Assembly (NCBI GenBank): GCA_030704615.1
Contig: CM060734.1
Span: 20,770,001-20,834,000 of the forward strand
From: Takakia lepidozioides
Taxonomy: Eukaryota > Plantae > Bryophyta
Length of the DNA stretch: 64,000 nt
Direction of reading: 5' to 3'
In this document: piece after piece, positions 36,011 through 49,785 of the stretch
How positions within the stretch are numbered: position 1 is the first letter of the stretch
Layout of the letters: each line of letters starts with the position of its first letter
Program-made: the position numbers and the translations under genes
Notes under the pieces: model-generated
Database searches by the model: none
What the model was told of the DNA's origin: nothing
The model's input: only the letters and a program-made list of their open reading frames with translations

Positions 36011-39000
36011 TCAACGCTTCTTCCGCTTTTGAGGTCGCCCTTCGAAAGCTGCAACCGCCTCGGATGCGTTTCCCATTTCTGAGGCACGCACCCAAGATGC
36101 CTCCACATGATGATAGCCCTTCCATTTGACGAGATACTCCGTTTCTCGGTTCTGAACCTCCTCGACTTAAGTATTGCCTCCACCTCGTACTCAGGTTCAT
36201 TTTCATGATCCAACAGCATAGGTGGCGGACGCAACACTTGATGCCGATTCGGACGCGCTTCATCTTTGAAGTAAGGTTTCAAAAGGGAGACATGGAATAC
36301 TGGGTGCACCTTGCTGTTTGCCGGCAGCTCCAATTCATACACATCCTCATTCATAACCTTCCGAATGCGAAAGGGTCCCGCATACGGAGGTACGAACTTC
36401 GGACTCACTTCCGGAGGTAGTCGGAAATTCTTGATGTTCAACCAGACCTCTGTGCCTGCCTCAAACTTCACTTCCCTCCGCTTCCGATTCGCCTGCCTTT
36501 CATACCGTTTCCTAGCTTTGGCAATGTTGTACTTTGCGAGCTTCAACAAACGCTCGCGTTCTTCCAGTACCGCCGCTACTGCCGGTTCCTCAACGTCCTG
36601 GGCGGCCCAACTTGTCGGCACCAGAGGTGCTTTTCCATAGACCAATACGAAAGGGGAAACTCCCGTTGCGGAGTGTTCTGTGTTATTATAACAGAACTCT
36701 GCCGCGTCTAAGTGTTCCATCCAGTCTGATTGGTCTGCCGACACGTAATTCCGCAAGAATTGCTTCACTACGGAATTCACTCTTTCCGTTTGGCCGTCTG
36801 TCGTAGGTCGGAAGGCGGTGCTCATCTTCAGCCTCGTCCCCATCTTCTTCCAAAGTGCTCTCCAGAATTTACTCGTAAACTTTGGATCGCGATCCGAGAC
36901 AATATCCTTCGGGACTCCATGATGCTTTAAGACGTGGGCGAAGTAAAGTCGCCCTGTCTCCTGCGCCGTTGCCGTCTCCTTGGTGGGGATGAAATGGCCC
37001 ATTTTACTGAACCTATCCACCACCACCATGATTGCATCGAATCCTTTTGACAGCGGCATAGCAGTCATGAAATCCATCGAGACGCTTTCCCAAGTCCCCT
37101 CTGGAATCGGCAAGGGTTGTAACAGCCCCGCTTGCTTTTTGTACTCGCTCCGGTTTTGTTGGCATGTGGTGCATGTCTTGACATACTCCTCTGCCTCCTC
37201 CCTCAGTTTGGGCCAGAAATACTCTTTCTTCAAGAGTGCCGCAGTGCGCTTGGCTCCGCCGTGGCCCGCAAGCGGGCTATCATGGCATTCTCTCAAGAGG
37301 CTATCTCTGATCCCTCCTTCGGCACGTAGAGACGTTTTTGCTTATACCGGAGCAGTCCATTTTGCAAGTGGAACTGCGATTTAACCCCCATCCTCAAGTC
37401 CTGCATCACGGACTTCGCCAGCTCATCCTTCCGGCAAGCCTTCCGGATCTTCCTTTGGAGCGCCGTCTCGCCCTTGTACACCAACAAGAGCTGCTGCTTT
37501 CTACTTAAAGCATCGGCCACCACATTGTCCCGTCCCGGTTTGTACTGGATATCCACGTCGAACACCGCCAAAGTATCTTGCCACCTAAGTTGTTTTGGGG
37601 ACAACTTGGGCTGCGTGGCAAAATACTTCACCGTGACATTGTCCGTGAACACCTTCACTGGGTTGGAACCAACATAGTGGCGCCAAAGCTCAAGGCAATG
37701 CACCACCGCCTTCATCTCTTTTTCGTGCGTCGGCCACCGTCGCTCCACTTCATTCAGTTTCTTACTTTCGTAAGCCACTGGACGTCCATCTTGCATCAGT
37801 ACACCCCCAATCGCGAAGTCCGACGCATCTGTATGTATCTCAACGGACGATCGAACTCCGGGATTTTCAAGACTGGAGCTTCCGCCATCCGCTGCTTCAA
37901 TTCAGCAAAAGCTTGGCCACAAAAGGTGTTCCATACCCAGACTTTAGATTTACACAGAAGGTCCGACAGCGGCCCCGCGATCTTGGCGAAATTTCTCACA
38001 TACTTCCGGTAATAGGAGGCGAGTCCTAGGAAGGATCGCACTCCCGGGACCGAAGTCGGAGGCTCCCAGTCCAAGATCGCCCTCACCTTTCTGTCATCCA
38101 TTTTGATCCCATCCTGTGTAATCACATGCCCCAAGAACTCCACTTTCATGACCCCGAATTCGCACTTTGAAGCTTTGGCATACAGCTTCCCTTCCCGCAA
38201 TTTTTGGAACACCCTTTTGAGGTGCTCCAGGTGCTCCTCCTTTGTTTTCGAGTACACCAAGATGTCGTCGATGTACACGATCACAAAGTCATCCAACCAC
38301 TCTTGGAAAAGGCTGTTCATCAGCGTGCTAAATGTCGCTGGTGCATTGGTGAGCCCAAAAGGCATCACCAAGAACTCATATGAACCATACCTTGTCCTGC
38401 ACGCGGTCTTCTCCTCATCTCCTTCCGCCACCCGAATTTGGTGATAGCCGGAGCGCAAGTCGATCCGGCTGAAATACTTCGCTCCTGCCAACCGATCGAA
38501 GAGGTCGTCGATCCTTGGCAAAGGGTACCGGTTTTTGATAGTCACCTTATTCAGAGCCCTGTAATCGACACACATCCGCAGCGTCCCATCCTTCTTGTCT
38601 GCAAATAGCACCGGGGCTCCGTAAGGTGACTTACTCGGCCGGATGTACCCCTTTGACATTAGATCCTTGAGCTGAGTCTTCAGCTCGACCAACTCTCTGT
38701 GGCTCAACCGGTAGGGCGCCTTGGCAGGCGGTTCCGATCCCGGTATCACCTCAATCTTGTGGTCAACTCCTCTTCGCGGTGGCAAGCCGCTTGGTAAATC
38801 CTCCGGCATCACATCCTGGTATTTCTCCAAAATCCCCTTGATCCAATCTGGGCTCGGCTCCCCATCGCCTTCTCTTTTCACTTCTCTAATGTAAAGCAAA
38901 AACTGGGGCTCGTGTGCCTCCTCCACGGCCCACTCCTTTGCTGACAGAAGGTTTATTCGCCCTCCCACGGATTTGGGCGTTTCCGACACTCGTAAAACCT

Positions 39001-40561
39001 CGCCACCATTCCCACATGGCAGCGTGACTACTCTCTTGCGGCCATCTATGACCGCTCCGGATTTGCTCAAAAAGGTCATCCCCAAAATGAGATCCACTCC
39101 ATCGATCTCGCAGATGGTGAAGTTCTCACGTCCCTTCCAACTCCCCAGTTGAAGAGGAACATCAACCTTGTCGCCAATTGTGGTTCTCCTTTGGCAGAAC
39201 GCACCTCAATAGAGGCCCCCACGTCACTTGTCGGGAGTCCCAGCTTTTGTGCCGTTGCCGGTGTCATGAAGGAGTGCGACGCTCCTGTGTCCACCAACAA
39301 CGACACATTAGTTCCGGATATTATCCCATCCACGAACAATAACTGACTCCCTTTTCGTAAGGCGCCAGTTTCCTGATACAACTCACAAGAAAATTTGCCT
39401 ACCTTGCAAGTCCTGGCGACCACCGCTTCCACCAAGCGACTGATGGTATCTTCCGACAGCTCCGTGGTCGCCCGAGTCATGTTCAATTGTCGGGCTTCGT
39501 GCACTTCTTGGCCATGTGCCCGGGCTCCCCGCAATTGAAACACACTCCATCAAAGGTCGCCTTCTGTCCGCCATAAGCCGCTCCACCCGCTTTTCCTTTC
39601 GAAGCACCGGGTGCCGCCTTGACGTGTGAAGGCCCTCCCTTCGATTTCCACGTGCCATTTTTGCCGCGTGGCCTATCCCACTTCTTTTCCGGTCGGAAGG
39701 AGTCACCTTCCCGCCGGGTCTTCTTGTGGTTCAGCTCCGTACGGCCTTGTCTTTCACCCCTAGGGACATCTGAGAAACATTCAGCCCTCTCAATTGCCTC
39801 GTTCAAAGTCTTGGGTGGCTTCTCCTCCAACTTCCGCCTGGCCCATGGGGCCAGTCCCGCCACAAAGTTGAAGACCATTTCTGGTTCTGCCATGTCCGCG
39901 ACTTCGAGCAACAGCACATTGAAAGCCTGGACATACCCCCGAATGTCATCTGTTTGCTTCAAATTCCTCATCTTGTCCCGGGCAAGCCAGGACGCGTTGA
40001 GGGCACAAACTGTCTCTTCATCAATTCCTTGAACCCACTCCAGTTCAAGGTTTCCGGGCTTGGACCTCGGTCGTGAAGGCGTTTCTGCCACCATTGTTGA
40101 GCATAGCCCCTCAAATAGGTGGGAGCCACTTCCACCCGATCCTCGTCACTCAACTTGGCCGCCCGGAAGTACTGCTCTAGCTCCAAGAGCCAGGTGTTGA
40201 GTGCCTTCCGATTTCGGACGCCCTCGAAGGTGCCGGGTTCCTTAGGCTTCACCTTAAACTTTGCCTTAGTGGAAGTGGCATTAGCCGCCTTCAACACGTC
40301 TTTCAACGTCCCGCCAAACTGCGCCAACAACCCTTCCCAAAAGGCTGCCGGCATGGGAGGCATCTCTTGGTTTGTCGGAGCTCTCAAGGATTCCTCGGGC
40401 TCCGACTCCTCGGATTCCTCCCGCTCTTGGGCGGCCTCGTTTTCGGAAACATGCATCGCTTCCTCAAACGGCCGCCTCGGTGACACGCCGCCCCCATCGG
40501 GCTCACCGGGATCATCATCTTTTGGGCCGTTCCGCTTTCGCTTCGGCTTGCCCGACCCCAT
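36011..40561 (-). pseudogene. A2 gag-pol with chromodomain (a few frameshifts, some possibly sequencing errors)
   Basis: Motifs [22 protein letters not shown], integrase SMDF/SDRD/GQTE, YAGPF and EYEVEAIL...EYLVKWKG. Confidence 0.92.
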
Positions 40562-40616
40562 GATGAGGCCAATCCCATGGACGATCGCGTACTGAACTCT
40601 AAGCTCTGATACCAAG

Positions 40617-41338
40617 TGTCGCGCACCTCACTTCGGTAAACTCCCCTTTAAGTCATAGTTACTCGCTTTGATGCGCGCGCCTGACTCCCAACCTGGCCGC
40701 CGGGCCAACTTGGAGCTTCGGCTGCTCACCGGACATAACGGTCCCCCTTCGCTTCCCTCTAAAACCCTCCACCTAATTGGGACTAGGAGAATTCCCTTTG
40801 GTAGATGGCAGTCCGGAACAGCTCCCCACTCTTTGGTCGCTTTCCGGCTCGCTCGCTTACTCACTAGTTTTTGGTCACCAACGGGCTTGCACCGTTCTCG
40901 GGGTTACTACTCCCTATATATACTTCTGTAGCTGTCCGCGGGGGTTCCACAACCAGCCATGCCATTTTATGGCGAACCACCACGAAAACCCTCGACTCCC
41001 GGTGATGAGTCGCGGTGAGTCTTGGCCCGCTCACCACGGCCCCTATGGACCGTGATGAGTCCCAAGACTCCCCACGACTCCCACCACGAGGTCTCCGCCC
41101 CATGGTGAGTCCTATGCCACCCCTACTAAGTCCCGCTAAGCTACCACCACCCCTTGTGGAGCCACCCCCCGCAACCCGGTGTGCGGGGCTCCACCTAGTG
41201 AGCGCCTCCGCCTCCTTGAGTGCCTTGGGCACTCAAGGGTGCTTCAGCCCCCCCTACCTATCGCTGCCGCTGCCCCCACCACAGGGGCAACCCCTCATGT
41301 GTCCCGACCCCCCGCCCTCAAGGCAAAGGGCCGCGACA
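40617..41338 (-). repeat. 5' LTR of A2
   Basis: TG...CA termini; adjacent to the PBS. Confidence 0.95.
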
Positions 41339-41732
41339 GTAGATGGTCAACTGGAAGCCGCAGTAGCATCAGCACGATTGATAAAATCAGGCACTGCTCA
41401 TGAAGGCACCTTCTTCAACACGTTTCACCTTGTTTTTCCCTCTGATCAAAATCGGCAGCTAAATGTTGAATTCTGCAAGTTAGCTGGTTGAGTGAACCTT
41501 AAATAGTTTGGAGTGACTTTGACATGATACTGCCAATGTGACAACAGGATTAGTATCTAGAAACAGGTAACAGAGGCGAGGAGAAGCTGTGGAATGAATA
41601 CTTTTTGGACCCAGTCAACGTTGGGACAATCGAGCAAAAAGGTGAATGCCTATTGGATTACAAAGAGTAGCGGATGCATTTGAGCATAGGAACTAGAGTG
41701 ATAAGTTGAGTTGGGTGTTTCCTAGAATGGAT

Positions 41733-42140
41733 GTAGGCTGTCATTGTCAACTTCTAGCAGCAAGACAAGGATGTATGCATGATTTTGTGCAGAGGCATGA
41801 ATAGGTGAAGGAGCAGGGATAGAGTGTGGGTCCAGATTCATCCAAGAGGGCCGGATTTCAAGCTCCAGATTACCTATGATTCCTTGTGGAAGGGAAACCT
41901 GCATGGGTACATGGTCAACTAGAAGCCACAGCAGCAGCGGCACAATTCATAAAATCAGTCACTGCTAATCAAGGCACCTTCTTCAACACACTTCACCCTA
42001 TTTTCCCCTTTTATCAGAATCGGCCCTAAATTTTCATGTTGAATTCTGCAAGTTATCTGGTTGAGTGAACCTTTGATAGTTTGGAGTGACTTTGACATGA
42101 TACTGCCAAAGTGACAACACAGAAGTATCCATAAACAGGT
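41733..42140 (+). repeat. Diverged tandem duplicate of the A2 insertion site (about 34193-34380 plus 41344-41567)
   Basis: The empty-site sequence aaacctgcatgggtacatggtcaact lies at about 41895-41920. Confidence 0.8.
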
Positions 42141-42534
42141 TCCAATCTTGGTCATTACGGACTCATGGATTTGTGCACTATATGGGGCAGTTTTGAGGTG
42201 TTATCTTCATACATTGTCACGTTCTCTTCTTCATGCAGTTCATTTGATTTCGTGCATTGATGGCATGGTCTGTATGTTCCGAAGTCTGAATCACATAGGC
42301 AATGACATGATCATCCCCAGTGTGCAAGGATTGTGTTGGTTGCAATGCCGTAGTAGATCGATCGTAGCATCCGTGTTGCTATTCAGAGTAGAAACAACAT
42401 TGCACATGTATGAACTACAAGTCGCAGCCCCCAAGTTAGTGCAACCAGCAGGAGTGCCTGGTTCCCAACCCACAGTCGATGTAGTCACTAGTGAGGTAGT
42501 GCATTTCAAACCTCCAGTTGTAGCGGGATAGCTT

Positions 42535-42860
42535 GTCTACCTGGCGGTTGAGATGTTGAGGTTTGTGTGCTAGTATGGCAAGGTCGTCTGCATAGGCCGC
42601 AGCGGTGAATTCATTGAAAGAGGTTTTGTACTGATATCCTAGGTTACCACGGGCGAGCCATCTGAGCAGGGGTTTGAGAAATATGATGAATAGGTAGGGG
42701 CTCAGAGTGTCTCCTTGAATGGTTCCACGGAGTATGGGGATAGGAGGAGTGGAACTGTAGTAAGAACCTGCATATTCTGTGGTACTGTTGGTGTATATGT
42801 TACCAAAGAGTTGAATAGCATCTGTAGGGTATCCTACATCCGTTATAATGGCACTCTAGT
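42535..42860 (-). mobile_element. Non-LTR retrotransposon RT fragment
   Basis: Reads ILRGTIQGDTLSPYLF...AAYADDLA. Homologous to 62795-63245. Confidence 0.8.
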
Positions 42861-44569
42861 TGTCGACTCCACTTGCAAGTCGTGAAGGCAACTAGCAGAC
42901 AACTCACTGCGCCACGTGCTGTGGCCTCAGGCTTGCACGTGGCAGGACCCGGGAAGCCACGTGTGTCCTTGAAGATAACCGCTAGTCCGGTCGCTACTAC
43001 GAGTCCAGCACTCCGAGACATAGTTCACAACTTCGCAGTCTGATCGTGTAGTCGTTGATACGACTTGCTAGTTATTTTTGAACTAGTGGTTAGTGCTCGT
43101 GTAGTACGAGATCATAACTATTCAGCAGCATGAAGCAACGCGGCTACGGCGCGTGTCCTGCCTCCAAGAGAACACGTGGAGTTTTCACACCAAGCCACGT
43201 GGCTGTATTCCCGACGTGCACACGGTGGGGAAGTCGGAACCCCTCGATCAAAAGTCTACTGTGGTGACCGTCCAAGAATCAGTCAACGCCGCGCGTGGCG
43301 ATGCCACGTGGCCACACCTTAAAAATTACCCTGCAGTCGGCATCACGACTGACTGGAACGACTCCGACCACGTAATGACCGGAACGACTGGGCTGTCCGA
43401 TAGGTCTTGTCCTTTCGGACTCGTAGTCGCCCAGTCATTTTTTGACTGAAACGACTGGGTTTCCAGTCGTTTTTTGAGTCGTTATTTCGGCGATTCCTTG
43501 TAGTGTTGATTTCTATGCTTCTACTCAAGCAAAAATATGGTCTCTAGGTGGTGATAAGAGACATATTCTTGCTCTTTTCCACCCCAATGCACAACCAAGA
43601 GTGGTCCAATTCAACTTGCAAGTCATTGGCCACCAAATCAATCCCCCTTCTAGTCATTGGGATTTGATTGCGAACTGCCACATCTCTATTGCCGAACAAT
43701 CATGCATTTGTCTCATCACTTGACACTTGCTCCAAATCAACACAAATTATCTCAATGTGTAGGAGCAATGTTTGTCACTTACAATAATGCTCCCAAGCAA
43801 TCCGCCTTGGATCCCACTCTCACGCCATATGCTTCCTTTGGGGTCTTGCACCAATCCATCATCGGGCAGTTGCAGCCTATGGTGGACCAAAAATGCTGTC
43901 ACAACATTGTTTTTTTGGGACCTTGATTAGTTGTAAATTATCATACTCCTAAATGGCAATGCTGATAGTAAAAAGGGACTAAGCTATGAAGGCTCAACTA
44001 CATATATTTTCCCTATTCCAAGTCTCATAACCAAAAAAGCAAATGGTTAGAAATTATGGACTTTTGAATAGAAGGATTTGTTATAGTCCATATAAAAGGC
44101 CGTTATGGACTTTTTTTAAAGCATGATTCATAGAAAATTAGAAAAAATGACTTGCCCAAATGTGCTTTGAGGGATAAAGAATCTAGAATGAAAACATCAA
44201 CTCAACAATATTAAGTAAAATAAACTTTATGTATTATTTTGAGCCTTCAAAATAACTATTTTCGTAAAGTCCTTTACATATAGAATTCTTTGAAATATCA
44301 ACACTACCTCATTAAATACTTAGACCAAGGGTAGATCCCCGGGGTGGATCAAGGTCAAATTTGGAAAAAACTATTGTGATCCGAAACTATCACGATTTGA
44401 AAATAAAGTCTTTAATGGTCAATAATAGACGGTTGAGATCGTAAATTGAAGCGAATCCAATGGTTGAGGATTCGCCACATCCCCCTTTATGTACTTTTAG
44501 AGACTCATGGTGTGTCTCATTTTGGTCCACCGTAGGCTGCAACTACCCCATCCATGTGCTTCCCTTGGT

Positions 44570-46053
44570 CATTTGAATGCATATTCTATGACCTCTTGGC
44601 CTGTGTGTTGCTCTCCTTCATTATAACATGAATCAACACCTCTCCACTTCACACACAAATGGATCTCAAGGCCTTCACCTCTTGCTAGTTCAAGAGCTCC
44701 CATTCTCAACCTTGAACTTACAAACTCAAGAGAGCATGCTCCACATATGCACCACTTGCTCAAGGTCAACTATCCACCACAAAGCTCACACTACCAAGAG
44801 CATGAATAGCCAAGCATTGCTCCTCCTCTTGTCACATTACATAGTTAGGGTGAAGCTATACATACATTGAATGATGATCTCCCTTCAAGGATTTCCCACC
44901 ATATGTTCTCCAAGCCATTCCAATGCCCTAAGCTTGGCTCCACACCAAAAGTATGACGCCTCCCGAAGGGAGCGTAACTTATGGTGTCACTTGACCCCGA
45001 AGGGTTATTGCCTTCCAGTAGGAAGGTGGACACGTTCATGACACACCAGACGGTGGTTTGAACCCACAACCACATCCAATGTGGTATGTGCCCATTACCA
45101 CTGGGCTACATGCTGGTTGTCGGCTCCACACCACCATGATTGGATCAGATTTCTTCACATGCTCCCTTTCACAACCTCTTGAGCTTCTTAGTGCTCTCCA
45201 AGTGCTTGCCCTTGTTGTCTTCAAGCCCAAGCCTATGTAGCTCTTTGGCTTCTCTTCCACAACATCCACACTTTGAACTTGTTTAACCCTAGATTAATAG
45301 TGAAACGAACACTAACAAATTAGTTGCTCTCCACAAGCCATGGCACACACCATTGACTCCATAATGCATACAAAAGATTCTCAAACCCTAGAATCCATGC
45401 TTCCACACACACAAGACTTCCTCCTTGCAATCCTTGCAAAATATTAATGTGACTCAAGAGCTTTCTTGTCAAGCTCTCCAATTCATTGGTGCATGCAACA
45501 CCCAAGCACCTTTCCTTGCAACCCCTTGCAAGCCTTGTGATACAAGAGCTAAATTCTCCTAGCTCTCAACCTCCTTGATACAAATGCAAAACTAATCCTT
45601 ACACTCCGCACTCACAAGCATAAGGAGATCTTCTTGTAGTGATAAGAGATGAGAAATGAGAGAAGTGGAAGACAATGAAAACTCTCAAAGCATTCAAAGC
45701 AATCACACTAAGAACAAGCCCTAGTCCTTCCAAGTGAAATCCACTATATCACATAAACTAAGTCAAGCCAAGGGCACCTTTGCTAAAGGAATCGACCCTA
45801 CAAAGCCCTCAACACACTCCCTCTCAATACCTAGAGCTATGGAGGTGAGAGAGACTCATTGAGGCTCAACTACAAGAAGATGAGCCCTCCTCAACCCTCA
45901 CAAGGGGAAAATCCATCCCCATGTCCCAAAGTGAGGCTTGACACCTCACTTGACATATGAGACCAAATGAAGTCCATACAAATATAAATATCCAAAATGT
46001 CCTAATTAACTAGAAGTAGGTAATCCTAGTTAACCATGACAAAAACCATGACA
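44570..46053 (-). mobile_element. Terminal/leader region of a C-related element (subfamily C')
   Basis: Begins TGTCATGGTTTT at 46053 on the minus strand and matches the reverse complement of 63246-64000. The left boundary is uncertain. Confidence 0.7.
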
Positions 46054-48030
46054 TGGGATACCAGAGCGAGATGACGCAAGGAAGAGCGTGACCGTTCGTG
46101 GATCAGTTTGCACCCTAATGTTTTTGCCAGCTGGACAGGCCTAGCGACGGTGACTGGGGAGGAGGACGAATGGAATATTTATTGGGAAGCAAGGAATGAA
46201 GCTGCATTACCCCAGGGGGGTTGGAATCAAGAAGGATCCGCTCAGAGGAATGAAGAGGGAGCAGACCACGAAGTCGCCCCTAGGGACGGAGAAGAATTTG
46301 GCGAAGAAGCCGCACGAGGAAATGGAAGGGGAACAGACCAGGAAGTCGCCCCTAGCGATGGAGTAAGCACGGGCAACAATGAAGAATTTGCCTACAAAAC
46401 CGAGCAGCAAAGAGGGAGCAGACCACGAAGTCGCCCTAGTGACGAGGAGGAAATCGGCAAAGAAGCCAATCAAAGGAACGGGGAAGGAGCAGGCCACAAA
46501 GCCGCCCTCAATTACGAAGGAGAAAACAGCCACGAAGCTGGTAAAGAAAACGGGGAAGGAATCGCCAACAAAGGCACAAGGGCAAACAAAACGGGAGCAG
46601 GCCACGAAGCCGTACTGAGCAACGAAGAGGAAACTGGCTACGAAGCCGACTGGGGGAACGAAGCGGGAGCAGGCCACGAAGCCGCCCTGAGCAACAAAGA
46701 GGGAACCGGCTACGAAGCTGACTGGGGAGACGAGCAGGGAGCAGGCCGCGAAGCCGCCCCTAGCAACGAAAGAGGAATTAACTACGAGGGAGAAATTGGC
46801 AATAAAGCCACTAGAGGAATCAGGAGGGAGCAGACGAGGAAGCCGCCCCTACCAACGAGGTAAGAATCGGCTACGAGGCTGTACAGGATCACGAGGAGGG
46901 AGCAGGCCACGACGTCGCTCCAGCAAACGAGGGAATAATCGGCCAGGAGGCCAACCCAAAGAGTGGAAGAGAAATAGGAGGCCACATTGCCACGACAGTT
47001 GGAAAGGGGTTGACGATAACCACCTTAAGCAAAGATGTTGGAACATGAGGCGGCATGACAAGTGAGGCAAATGGAGATGGAACGCAGCTGACAAATCTTA
47101 CCTTGTTTCCCTGTTCATTGCGAGGGGGACATTCTGATTGGTGGACACGGTTCCGCGAAGAACAACCCAATGCGACATATGGATAGATTGAAGCGGCATT
47201 TGGGAGAAGATTCCGAGTAGTCAAGAACGACAAAAATATATACCGGACGATGCGCCACACCAAGCAGAAGAAGAGAGAAAGTGTTGACAACTATTATGAG
47301 CGTCTGCAGAAGCTCAATAGCACTTTGCCACCAAGATTCGTGCTTACGAGATTGCTTTTGTACGGAGCTATGGAAGATTTTCTGGGATCAGCGCAAGTGG
47401 TGGAGGAGATGCGATGCAGAGCTGCGTGAAAGAAGAAAGGGAAGGCCTCTAGCGAGGACAACGACTTGTCAACATCCGAGTCTAGTTCAGATTCGGAGGT
47501 TGAACCCAAGAAGGGGAGGAAGGATAAAAAGGGGAAAAAAAAGATGGTTGAGGAGGCAACACCTATGAGGAGGGACACCTACTACACCGCTTGCAAATTT
47601 TTTGGCCACACCGCATTGGAATGTGCGTTGGCAAAGATTACTGTAGCATTTGCAATATGACCAATCATAACATCGAGGAGTGTCGTTTCAATCTTTGAAA
47701 TCGGAAAAATGATTGAGCGGGGTAAGTCAATGCTGCACAGGTGGAAGAGGAAGCCATCCAGGACTTCCACCAAGAAGGACAGGGCTACAGACAAGCCTAC
47801 GGGCAAGGATATGGGCAAGGCTACGGCCAAGGTTATGGCCAAAATGATGGGTATTACCGAGGAGGCGAACGAGGTAAGGGCAGAGGACGAGGCCGAGGGC
47901 GAGCTAATCTCGGCGGCCCCAATGGTCCCTTTTCGGGTAACATGTTTCTTCTGTGGAGAAGAAGGGCATTTCGTACGAGACTGCCTGATCCGGCAGAAAC
48001 TCGTACAAGACCATAACGCCCAAACAGACA
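46054..48030 (+). pseudogene. Degenerate retrotransposon gag-like region (acidic repeats, capsid-like segment, zinc knuckles)
   Basis: Motifs QKKRESVDNYYERL, CSICNMTNHNIEEC and CFFCGEEGHFVRDC. Confidence 0.6.
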
Positions 48031-49445
48031 CGGAGCAGCGCTGGAAGGGTCGGAATATGTCACTAGAGGACTTTGCGGATATGCCCTCGTGCAATCTATC
48101 CGAGACTGTGCACAGTGTGTGGATGAAGCAATCCGGAAAGTCCGGACGGGACCTATACGTTGCAACTGCGGATGACATGGTCCGTGCACTTTCACAACAA
48201 ACAAGGTACCGCGACTTCCTGAGGGGACGGGGTGCTGGTAGGGGGCCAGATAGGGCAGAGTTGCTGCTCAGGGCTGCAAATAGATCGGGAGATCCTGCAA
48301 AGATGGCCAAGGCAGTGAACGACTGCACAATGGGAACACCTTTGCAGTCAAGGCTCCCACATCTGGAAGGTGAGGAGAGATTTGGTTCCTGCAAGTGCAA
48401 ACTTGACACCCTTCCGGGATCCGATGGCGATTCGCATCGGCACGATAGAGACAACTTCTTCATACCTCATGTACCTATGCCATCCACATTTGTTTCTGCC
48501 ACTCCCTTCGTGGGTGCATCTTCGTCTGCATAATCCACTCCCAAGTCTCCAACGACTACAATGCGGGGAGAAAAGGAGAAGATGTTGCCCGTCGAAGAGT
48601 CTGACTGTGGTGACGCAATGTGACACATTGAACGGACTCCCCAAGGATCAAAGTCGGATGTTCCGCTATCAGAGCAACCACATTTGTGAAGTGCACCTCT
48701 AAAATTTCAAGAGGCACTGGCGGCACTCCTGCGCCGACATACACAGGTTTGTTCAAACCATTCATAGTGCGGGAGTCTAAGCCTCACAAGTTCTGGTTCT
48801 GCCCTGATGACATTGCGCGTTGTGTAATGGGGACTGTTCGTGATTCGGTGATAATGAAGCCTCAAATTCCTGTCGTGTGGCCAGTGAAAGTGGGAACCTC
48901 ACTCTCCAAACTTGAGATGGAGATGCTGGAGGATGCTGGGTTTTGCCTTCCAAGAGGCCCAATTGTGCTTACACCCATGTCTTCAATGCCTTTGCCTTCC
49001 GCATTTCCTGCACGTTCCAGGTGGCAACGATTGGCCCACAAAAAGGAATGGAAAACAGGTCCGTCGGGTTGAGCCAGGTACAGATCATGAGTGCAAGGTT
49101 GAGTCTGCTAGAACCCTGTACTGTCGGGTGACCCAAATTATTAATTTCCCCCCTCCGTGATAAGGGCAGGTGTACACACTGGCAACCTCTGGATCTGTTG
49201 TTCATGATAGGACCTATGAGATTACAATTGGCAATTTTCCAAATTGCACTTGCTCGGACTTTCAGAACATGCTTTCAAGCTCTCTTGGAAAGAGAGACAA
49301 ATTTGTCCCGTGCAAGCATGTATACTACATCTATATTCAGAAGATGTTTTGTGATCCTAAACAAGACAAGTATATTCACCAATGTACGTTAGGTTACAGT
49401 GAGGTTCTTACACTTTTGCAGCGAGATAGTTGTAGTCAAATTTGA
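48030..49445 (+). pseudogene. C-terminal remnant of a putative MULE-like transposase gene with SWIM zinc finger
   Basis: CNLSETVH resembles the N..E..H third catalytic motif. SWIM pattern YEITI...CTCSDF...PCKHVYY at 49215-49330. Confidence 0.5.
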
Positions 49446-49785
49446 GGTGTTCGCGGTATTTGCAGCCTTTAAGCGAGTGACATTGCCATCACTATTAGCA
49501 ATGATGTTCTCAATTGGAATGCAGTTCCTAAGTTCTCATGTTTCGCTGGTTCGTTAGTGTTCTTTGTCTCAATGTCCGTGGTTCAATTTGGTCCAATCAC
49601 TTTTCCTTAATAACTTCAAAATTGCAACCCATATTCATCCCACATACACTCTATAAGACGGTGGATTGTGCTAATTGAACACAACCAAAACAATACTTGT
49701 TATGTTGCCAACGTTAGGCCCATCATGTCTACCACCACACTAATTCTTGCCAACAATGTCCAAGTTCTGTCTTGTTTGCATTTCC

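Larger units (their letters stand above)
34381..41338 (-). mobile_element. Near-intact Ty3/Gypsy chromovirus, family A copy 2
   Basis: Two near-identical LTRs, TSD GTAGA (34376-34380 and 41339-41343), iMet PBS at 40603-40614 and PPT at about 35107-35120. Confidence 0.95.

Noticed and set aside
42291-42509. Cys/Thr-rich short ORF as a secreted peptide gene
   Set aside because: There is no signal peptide or recognisable family, and it is bounded by a LINE fragment.
42861-46053. A single complete C' element
   Set aside because: The ends read TG...CA but the flanks (ctagt and tggga) are not a TSD, so the boundaries are unsupported.
46108-46863. 251-aa acidic repeat ORF as a host gene
   Set aside because: It has no ATG start, is low complexity, and leads into degenerate gag-like sequence.
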